This document shows positions 10,486 to 19,591 of a stretch of 20,000 bases of DNA, piece by piece. The translations under genes were made by a program, and so were the position numbers. The stretch comes from Rozella allomycis CSF55 (Eukaryota), in assembly GCA_000442015.1 (NCBI GenBank), contig KE561209.1:366390-386389 (forward strand). The letters run 5' to 3'. Under the pieces are notes generated by a model that was not told the DNA's origin, ran no database searches, and saw only the letters and a program-made list of their open reading frames with translations. The first letter of the stretch is position 1. Every line of letters starts with the position of its first letter.

Positions 10486-13315
10486 ATGACTGTAAAGGAA
10501 GCCTCGTTATTTCCTAAAACCCAGAGAAGACATAATATAGATGTTGATAACGTGACAATATTGGATAATTTTGTAATATTTTTTAGTAAATCACAAAGGG
10601 AACACTGTCTAATCTGTTTGATATTGCAAAGAGGGGGCCGTTTGTTGGGAATGGAATAGTATCGGCAGAAAACAAGGCCAAATATCCAAATCAATGTGGG
10701 GCTAAATTTGAGTTTAAAATATACCAGTATTATATTACGTACTACGCGGAGACACCTTTGAAACCTGATGTATGGTTGAGAGGCGATCATTGTTATTTTA
10801 GGATTATGGTAAGCGGTACATAGTTTAGAGATTAGAATCCTTCATTTAAATATAAAGCTACGTATGAAGAATGCTGGAAGATGTTTCAATTTACTTCATT
10901 GTCTTTTGAATATTTGAAGGAAAACAAGGGCAAGTCTTTTGATTGGAAGAATTATTTTGAGACGGTAAGTCATTTTTGGAATGTTTAAAAGCTTATTATA
11001 AAGTTAGAGTTTAAAAGCCAAGAGTCTTTGATTGATTTTTTGTTTGAAGTTTCATCATTTTTTATGAATCAGTTGAGTCAAATGGCAGAGTATGAAAGAG
11101 ACTGTGGCGATCATATTGTTGTAAAATTGATGCAAAAAAGTCTTCAAACAAAATCCAATCAATTTAAGGGCTTGTTGGATTTAGAGATTGACCTCCCCCT
11201 TAAGCCCCTTGTAGCGTACACGAAAGCATTAAAGCCACAATGTATACCTCCATTGATAACGATTGTATTTTAAATGAGTTTTCGTAACAAAGATTAATGA
11301 TTTGAATTATCGTAATGGTTATTTCAAGTGCCCTGCATGCTATCAATCGTTTGACACTAGTGTAGATGGTGTTATTGATAATATTCTTTTACCGCATATA
11401 CAACAGCACATGAAATCACTTTGCGGCGATTTGAAAACGGAAGAGGAGTGGCTTGGTATCTACAATTCTTCGGCGGCAAAAATAAAGAAGCATGAAAAAT
11501 GTGACAAGGAGCATTATTTTTCACGATCTTTTCCCAGCAGAAATGTGATCAAGTCAAACTTTGGGGTAATGTGATGTTTTTTTGATGTTAGTTAATCAAA
11601 GGTGTGAAAGAAGAAAAGGTTTGTTTTATAGAGCCAGAAGTGGAGGAGATTAAAGTGAAAGAAGAGGTTTATTCAGAATTTGATGATTTTGTGGATATTC
11701 CCCTGATGGAGCCTTTAAATAATGTTGAAAATAGGGTATTTTATTTTGATTTAAAAGATAGCCTGTACGTGAGACCAGGGTTAATAATCAACCTTTGAAG
11801 AAGAAAAGGGCCAAGAGCGACAAGCCTGAATCGTCTAAAATAAATAATGCGGATTTAAAGCAAGAAAATGAAGACTATAGATTAGAGATAGAAATTCCAT
11901 CGATGAATTTGGAAATAAGTGAAATGACCCTTGATGAAGAGAGCGAAGAAGAAAAAGTTTTTAAAAAACGCAGAATTAGAAATAGAAAAGACAAAAGACG
12001 AAGAAACAGAAAAGAAAAAGAATTTCTTCCAGAGATTTTGACGTTTGCGAGAACCCTTGCGAATGATCTTTTGACTTTTTTGAAAACATTTGGCAATGAC
12101 AATCGAAGTGTTCCATTTGAAGGAAGCAAAGAAAAGGAGCAAATTTGTTTTAATGTTATGTGTTATTTCGGTCTGGGGATTGTAGAAGCAAAGGAGGTGT
12201 ATGACACTGTATTGAAATCTGATTATGAATTGATTGAAGAGTTTATAACGCTCGCAGAAGATTGTGGAATATTGGAAGAGATTTCTTTATTTTGTTTGAG
12301 ACCAAAAAGAGTAAAAACTATTTCCGAAATTTCCAATAAATTTTCTTTGGATGAATTGGCAGAAAAGATTGGAAGAAGCAACAAAAATAATGTAGAAATG
12401 AAAACAAGACAATCTAGAAATAAAAGAAATAAACAAATTAATCAAAATAGCACGAAGAGTGAAAATGTTTCAACTGAAGATTTAAGGAAGGCTATTGAGA
12501 TTTATAAGAAGAAATTTAACGTTGAGATTTCTATTGAAGATCTTTTTGAAATTTTAGAAAATTTAAACGAAGCAGAAAAAGAAGCAGAAGTAGAAGTAGA
12601 AGAAGTAAAGGGAAAGAGCTTTAAAGTAAATGAAGAAAACTTTGATGTAAATGAAAACTTTAAAGCAAATGGAGAAATCGTTGAAGAGATGCGAGAAAAC
12701 TTTAAAGACAAGAGGGAAGAAGAAGAAATACCAAAGGAAGAGAGGAGAGAAATCTTTGAAACAAAGGCAGAAGAAAGAGAAGACGAAGATTTAGAATTGG
12801 AAGAAACAAAAATTGAAGATGAAAAAAATGATCTGGAAATTGAAATCTTTGATGAAAATAAAAAAATAGATCTACATTTGGCATTGGATGATTTCATTAT
12901 TGAAGACGATCCAGAAGATCTTTTAATTGAAGACCCTGAACCTCTAAGGGACCCTGAACCTCAACTTTTCTTAGAACCTTCGAGGGACCCTGAACCTCAA
13001 ATATCTACAAGGTCTAAGCCTCCACTATTAATAGAAACATCAAAATCCAAAGTAGAAAATTTGATTGACGTTGTGGAAATAGAAGCGGACAGTTTTGCAT
13101 CAATTTTGTCAGAATATGAAAATTCAAACGCCCCTCTAAGAAATGTTTCAAATCAAAATTCAAATTCTTTTTGGAGTTGCAAAACATGCAATAAAATGCG
13201 TCAAGGTGCAAAATGTTTATTTTGTGGAAGTTTATGGGAATGTCCCAAATGTCTTTTAAATCACTCGATGAATTCTTCATGTCCGAAAAATCAGAAAATA
13301 ATTTACATTGAATAA
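10486..13315 (+). CDS. About 889-aa putative chromatin protein: N-terminal DNMT1-RFD/RFTS-like domain, C2H2-like finger, long acidic/basic region, C-terminal Cys-rich fingers
   Basis: Introns 10573-10598 (26), 10809-10835 (27), 10965-10991 (27), 11265-11292 (28), 11566-11591 (26) and 11736-11761 (26) join the fragments into one frame. The domain call is by eye from YITYY..PDVWLRGDHCYFRIMNPSFKYKATY..SFFMNQL. The start codon is uncertain. Confidence 0.7.
12932..13000 (+). repeat. Imperfect coding repeat GACCCTGAACCTC x3 (DPEP motifs)
   Basis: Three copies of gaccctgaacctc encoding EDPEPLRDPEPQLFLEPSRDPEPQ. Confidence 0.85.
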
Positions 13316-13382
13316 AGGGTAATTTTAAAGACTAAAAGATTTAAAATTTATAATCTAAAATATTAAAGATTCTTTTATTTAT

Positions 13383-16341
13383 TTAATTCCACCATTGGAA
13401 ATCTTTCGATGATGGCAACGGGAGAATTCTAACAGGCTCATCAAAATCTATCAAGGAAATTTCATTTGTGATTTTTCCAATTTCACTCTTTTCAGAATTC
13501 ATGCTTCTTCTTAATTCATTTCGAAGTCTTTCTTTCTTTTCCTTGTCTATCAATAAAACCTTAATTAAAAATGTCGACTTTACAGGCTTATGATCCGATA
13601 GTCTCAATTCTGCTCTTGAATACCCTTGTTGCACAATCTTTATTAAATACATCAATCCTCTCTTACATTCTGCCCCTTAAATAAAATGCGATCAGTCCAC
13701 GCTGGAATTCTCTGCTTCTCGCTAGTGTCGTATTCATCAGTCCCATTGTCATATTTGTACGTTGGATTAAAATTGATTTCTCCTTCAATAAACCCTTTAA
13801 ATGCATTTCCCTGTTTTAATTGATTATTTAACTTTCATCATGTCAAACATTGCTTACCTGGTCCTGGCGAAATAGTTCACTCAAATTTCCTTTTGATATC
13901 AAGTCTTTGGTTTGCCAGATTCCTAAATCAATTCGATAATTAAAATCTCCCAGCCAAATCACATTGTCGTGCACTTCAATTTTCTTTCCATGCTTAAACA
14001 CCAAGCCATCGGATATCGTCATGTAATCTCTATTCCTTTCCTCCACATTTCCATGTCCAGCTGCCAAATGCGCACAAATAAAACAAAACGACGAATCATA
14101 ATAATCAAATCTAATGCCAATGCCACCTTTATTCCCTGCCATCCCCTTTAACCCGGTCTATCATCTTATTCATACACACTTACTTTCTTTATTCCCACCT
14201 CTACATTTCGAAGATTTTTTATTATTGATAACTTTGCAAAAATACACAATGACGCGCCAACTAGCTGTCCGGATGTTACAAGGGTATATTTTTCACCATC
14301 CGCATTCAGTGACTTTTGTATTTGTCTTTCCCACAAAAGTCGCTTATCTGGATCGGTCATCATGATCTTTCTTTGAAACATCCTTGAATCTTACCTGCGC
14401 TGGAGTCAATTCCACAATCTCCTGAAATCCAATCACATACAAATCAGGATGGCTTTCTAAAACAGCAATCAAAAAATAGACTACCAGATGATAACCAGGG
14501 TGAAAGGCTTTCATGATTTATTGAAGGGCTCTTTCCATTCACATTCCACGTAGCAACAAAGACCGAAAGTGGAAAGTATGTTGAATACTCATTAATGCGA
14601 TTGTCCAATTCAATTCTAATCGAATTCAAAATAGGATTAAAAATAAAAACCGACGAATTTGGAATATTTCCTAAAAGTATATCAATGGTAGTCTGCTTAG
14701 ATTTATCAGTAAAATTGTTAACGTAAAATCGTTGTGCTGATTTTTTAGCGTCATCCATGAGTCCTGTAACTTATTTTAAAAACTCATTACCGGCAATGGT
14801 GCGCTTTCCAGTCCGCGTAAATCCAGACTTTAGGGCACCCGTCCCAGTGTATATTCGACTCAACTCATCGCCATTGTCCGCCCAAATGTCATTGAAGACT
14901 GGATGATCACTAAACTTGGCAGGAATTAACTTTAAACTCAAAAAATTATCTAAAACATATTTAACAATTGCCGTTTGCACAACATTTGTCCTTTTTAAAA
15001 ATACAGACAGGGGTACCTGTCCAAACAATCCAAGCAATTCACTCTCATAACGCCCCTTTGCATCATTAAAAGTTCATTTGTCTTCAAATCAATCACAGAG
15101 TACATTTGCTGCTGCAAAGCTACTTCTATCATTGTTAGCAAAACGCTGAGTCGATCGTAGCTTGTTCCTTTCATGTGATAGTGAAAATCAAACGCCGTTC
15201 TAGTTATCGGCATTCCACAGTTTTCTGTTTGAATTCTATATGCATTTCCCAACAATTCTTCTGCGTTCCCATCTCTCTGGGACAAAAGATCAATGATATG
15301 CACATTATCGTATTGATTTATTAAGTCTTCGAAATGACGATCAAAAGCGGGCTGTGTTGCCGCTATCGATCTGGTTATCTGAATTTTATGACCGCCAACC
15401 TGCAACCCTTGTTGTTCCCAGAATACAAAAATTAGAGGCAAAGTTATACTTTACCTGGCACTGATCCTCTTAAAATCACAAAAGAAAACAATTGGTCTGG
15501 TTGATGCTGGAAAACAACCTCCGTCTCCACAAAATTCGCAACATTCCCATCATCGTCAATCCCTCGTACATTGTACCTAGTCCCAGCTCTTTTGCTACTA
15601 AGCCTAGAAAAAACGGCTAAAAATGATTTTTCTCCGTTTATTTTTAAATCACAAACTTCAACAAATCCTTGAATGGCCAATACAAACAATGCACTTGAAT
15701 CTATATATCTTTTCTCTTCTTCCGCCAATTGGGCTCTAAATTTTATTATTTGTTTTAAAATAGATTTGTTCCACACCTTCATTGTAGTTTATTTTTTGTA
15801 TTACGAATCTATCGTCAAATGTTTCGAATAGGTGTCCCTGGGACCTGGTTCTGTTGCAAGAATTTAACGTGAGGTCAAATGAAGGCGAGAAATAAAATGA
15901 TCCCGAACTCATGTATTTTATCAAATCTTGGCAGGGATGAATAATCTTTTGTTCTTCATTTTGAATGGAATCAAAAGACACCATATCATATTTAGTGGAA
16001 TTAATCGAAATACATTCAACAGCCGTGATTCTAAATAATGGGTGTGACAAAAATGATCCAACTCTTTCTACGCTCTGTATACTGATTAAAAAATCATCTA
16101 GCAATAACTTTCATCCACATTATTCACCTTCATTAATTTTAACCATCCCCAGAATTCCGAAACATACTTTTGAGCCTGTAGGTACCTTTATGTTGTCTGT
16201 CACACAAAGCTCGGCATTTACACATTGTATATTTGTTTTATATGGTTTTATAGTTAGCAAAAATGGATTCGATGGGTCAGTACAATGAATAGACACTACT
16301 CTCTGTTTACCACCTTCAATTGTAATGTAGAAATTGGACAT
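13383..16341 (-). CDS. Synaptojanin-like phosphoinositide phosphatase (Sac1 domain + inositol 5-phosphatase; Inp52/Inp53 family), about 893 aa
   Basis: RAGTRYNVRGIDDDGNVANFVETE, RGSVPVFWEQ, RVNCLDCLDRTN, GFQEIVEL, GNKGG, WLGDFNYRI, PTYKYD, PAWTDRIL, SDHKPV. Introns 16098-16127, 15777-15804, 15426-15454 (GT-TG), 14991-15016, 14764-14790, 14457-14484, 14367-14394, 14158-14183, 13832-13857, 13638-13666. Confidence 0.95.
15426..15454 (-). other. Putative non-canonical GT-TG intron, 29 nt
   Basis: GTAAAGTATAACTTTGCCTCTAATTTTTG; removal restores the Sac1 motif RGSVPVFWEQ. Confidence 0.7.
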
Positions 16342-16480
16342 AACCCTGCGCCACCCCTCTTACTATTAAATAGAAATAAAAATAGATCATATTAATGTTA
16401 ATGTAAATTACTAAATAACAAAAAATGTTTATTCTAGTCATGTACTATTTACTAAAATTTTTGCAGTAAAACCCTAGTTC

Positions 16481-17044
16481 ATGAGAAAAGATTTGAAAGA
16501 ACAAGCTATAGCTGAAATCGGACACTTGCTGTTAAAAGGGTGGACTATGACAGATAAAAACTGTTCAATTTGTTCGGTAATATATTTATGTAACATAAAG
16601 TTTCGACTGTCCTTATGCGTGAAAAAGGAAGCGAAAAAACGAAATGCTGTTTCTGTGATTTAAAAAATCAAGAGTCTTCAGCTTTTCATAACATGGTCGA
16701 AAATGTCACGGCCAGCTGTGAGGTTTTGAATGAAATTTGTCCAACTTGTGAAGGAACGGTATAATCACAAATTTTAAGTTTACAAGAACTCCCTTTTAAA
16801 AAATGATGATAAAAGTTTACTTTGCTTGCAATGCAACCAGAAATATTACCTTGAAATTCCGAATAAACCACTTGATCAAGAAAACGAGTCCAGTGAAATT
16901 AATTCCATTCAGACTGAGGTTTTAAGAAACTTAGCTAATGCCCTCAAAGCTTCGAGAGGACTTCTTGACAAGAACCGTGCATTAGGATTCGATCTAATTA
17001 ATGAACTATCATTAACCATACATAAAGTAATAAGCATTGAATAA
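16481..17044 (+). CDS. SSSCA1/ZNRD2 (Auto_anti-p27)-like protein with two zinc-ribbon repeats, about 168 aa
   Basis: IGHLLLKGWTMTDKNCSICSTVLMREK..CCFC and VLNEICPTC..LL..CLQC. Introns 16577-16605 (29, GT-CG; alternative 16572-16600) and 16759-16786 (28). Confidence 0.8.
16577..16605 (+). other. Putative non-canonical GT-CG intron, 29 nt
   Basis: GTAATATATTTATGTAACATAAAGTTTCG; removal keeps CxxC and enters the conserved TVLM..CCFC frame. Confidence 0.55.
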
Positions 17045-17050
17045 AAAAGA

Positions 17051-17066
17051 GTTTTATTAATAAAAC
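17051..17066. terminator. Perfect 16-bp palindrome with AATAAA on both strands, in the 23-bp spacer between convergent genes
   Basis: GTTTTATTAATAAAAC is its own reverse complement; flanking stops at 17044 (+) and 17068 (-). Confidence 0.65.
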
Positions 17067-17067
17067 G

Positions 17068-19324
17068 CTATGCTAAATACTTGTAAAATTGCCTATTTAA
17101 GATATTCAAAGTTTGATACTTGTTTTCTTCATCTCTTTCAATGAATTCTTTTTCAATTAGATTTTCAATCCGCTTTTTAATAACGGAAGGCTCTGGGTGG
17201 AACCTTGATGAAAGGATTTTAATCACTGAAGAGACAAGAATTGTGTGTTCAACTTTACGTCTTGATTTCATTATCCTCACTATGGCTGCATCAATCGTGA
17301 CGTTAAGGATACATACATATTATATGATAGAACTAATAAACAACAAAAAGGATATTGATATCTTCGATCTTCCTCGACTTGTTCAATTGAATGTTCTGCG
17401 TTGGGCACCTCAGAGTTCGATGGTTTTATTTGCAGTAAAGGAACCTTAAACTTGAAAGCTTTGTGTTTAAAAGAATTGTTAAAAGTAAAAATATCAGAAT
17501 TCCTTAAAAAATTGTCGCCGGGGGTCTTTTGTAGAATCTTAAATCTTCCCAGTGCTAGGGAAAGTATATGCCGTTCCATTTCATGAAGAGTTATATTCAA
17601 GGATTTTGAAATTTGATCAGCATTTAATGTTTCCGCCTCCTGAAATAACAAAAGTATAAACATTTGGATTGTAGAGACGTTGACTTCATGTCGACTCTCT
17701 AAAAAGTTTATTACAAGATCCGCTTGACCCTTTCAAGTGAATTTATGAAATTTACTAAATTAAATTGCCAGTTTAGTCTTCTGCCATTGTGTTTGAGCAA
17801 GTATGATTTCTCAAATACATCCAACTGTTCTTTAAGCTTTAAAGGTAAATTAATCGAGGATTTAGTAGATTTGAGAGGCCAGAAGCTCGTTGTCAATATG
17901 ATTGGTTGTAGCGACTTTTCTTTGTAATCTGCGGATAAGGCTGCGTCATTGATCATTCCCTCCATTTTCTGGGTGTATTGAAGGCCACATTCACTCTTTT
18001 TTAATTGGTATAAATGATAGATACTTTTAATCTCACCACGAAACTTTGAATTAACGAAATATCTTTTCTCTGAATCAGCTGCTTTGCCAATAGTTTCCGA
18101 AACAAAAGATCAAAAACATCCTTATCGGGTATAAAACGAAAAATAATAATTAATTTATCAAAAATATTTTCGAATTCTTCTATATTTTCTCTGAATATTT
18201 TGTCTAGATACGAAATCAGGTGTGAACATGCATTAGACTCATTCTTTATGCAGTCTCCAAACGCCTATCGATAAAACAGTGCTAAAGTACCTGATTCATA
18301 CATTTCCATATATCTTTATTGTTTACAAAGCACTCTATTTGAACAAATGATAGATACTCATAAAAATTTATCATTTCATTCATCCAATTACTTTTTTCCG
18401 CTGTAAAATTAACAATAAATGTTCGAACGTAACTATTTAGAACCTCCATACAGCCACAAGGGTTGAATAAATTGTAAAACAACGTCAGGCATTCATAGTC
18501 TTTGTGTGCTAGCCTTTTCGAAATTCCTCCATTCAACTCGCATATCTTAGAGGAGGGTTGTTTGATAAAGATATCGTAAACTAAATCAATAAAGTTCTTT
18601 TGCGAAATTTCAGGAAAAAACATGACAATCCTTTCTTGTTCCCCTTCAAGTCGTGCTTTAACTTTCGCCAAGTACATTTTAGTATCATCGAATTTCATCA
18701 AAATTTCCTGTTCTTGAACAAAATAATCTCTTGTTTTCTCCATGAAATAGTCGTAGTCTATGGACTCCAACTCGTTCATCATTGTAAATATTTTAGACAA
18801 TGTGTCACGCTCAATTATATTCCCATTTCTTTCTTTATTTATTTCTTCAATTAAAGATCCATTTATTTTTGTTAATTGATTGCTAATGACAGTCTCCTTG
18901 AAGCAATCCAAGGCTAATTCCATGGTCTCCCTTATTCTCCTTTGTCTACAATACCCATTATTCATGTAAAGGCACACATCCGATACCATAGACACTGATA
19001 GCTTAAAGTTTTGCCATTCCTTTGACAAGTGTGCCAAATACTGATATCCTTGAAAAATTTCAATCCTCGCACCGATTTCTGAACACTTCAACATGAAGTA
19101 TTCTTCTATCTTTCCATAAAATACTTCTGCTTCTGACATTAAGCATAAGTTATAGCAATATCGATATAATTTTTCAAACGAAAGTTGAGATGTTTTTTGC
19201 CCAAATATTTTTTCAAAGGAGCTTACCAAACAATCCATCATATCTTTGGAAGACAGATTTTCATTATTCTACATTTTTTCTTACATATAGCGCTTACAAA
19301 TCTTGAAAATGGTTTTAGCCCCAT
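17068..19324 (-). CDS. Cullin, most similar by eye to CUL3 (divergent), about 686 aa
   Basis: LSFEKLYRYCYNL, FRFIPDKDVF, LKSECGLQYTQKMEGMIND, HNGRRLNWQ, neddylation motif IDAAIVRIMKSRR, IKKRIENLIEKEFIERD..YKYLA. Introns 19269-19297, 18265-18290, 17996-18024, 17730-17755, 17297-17355 (AT-AC), 17093-17119. Confidence 0.93.
17297..17355 (-). other. U12-type (minor spliceosome) AT-AC intron, 59 nt
   Basis: 5' ATATCCTTT, branch site TCCTTAAC (17302-17309, minus strand), 3' AC; phase-2 removal gives EEDRRYQ-IDAAIVRIMK. Confidence 0.93.
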
Positions 19325-19591
19325 TTTGGAATTTACTTAAAAGACAAACTAAAATCTTCAAAATTCAAACTTCGAAATATAATTATGAAAAATAATACTC
19401 GTGGCTATTTGCCGAATTTAGAACAATTAAATTCTTTTTCACGCATTAATTTTTCAGGCAGTTCATCCGGTTTTTCGTAAATTTTCTAGGTAATTTTGAA
19501 ACCGATTTTTACCTAAAACTTTGTTTCGGAAAAATCGACATTAGGAAATTTGAACTGAATTTGAACCCTTTTTTTGGAAATATCGAAAAAA

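Noticed and set aside
12932-13000. Direct repeats as a CRISPR-like or mobile array
   Set aside because: Short, in frame, irregularly spaced and encoding a DPEP low-complexity peptide in a eukaryotic gene.
11875-13280. Several antisense Ser/Phe-rich ORFs, plus similar shadow ORFs over SLA2, NSE4, synaptojanin and the cullin
   Set aside because: They are reverse-complement shadows of Glu/Lys-rich or conserved coding sequence.
17699-17714. Apparent 16-nt GT..AG micro-intron in the cullin (GTAATAAACTTTTTAG)
   Set aside because: It reads through in frame as GQADLVINFLESRHEVNVST, matching cullin spacing; removal would shift frame.
10486-19324. Functional cluster of the RFTS-like gene with the cullin (CLRC-like)
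   Set aside because: The cullin looks CUL3-like rather than CUL4-like, unrelated genes intervene, and proximity in a compact eukaryotic genome is weak evidence.
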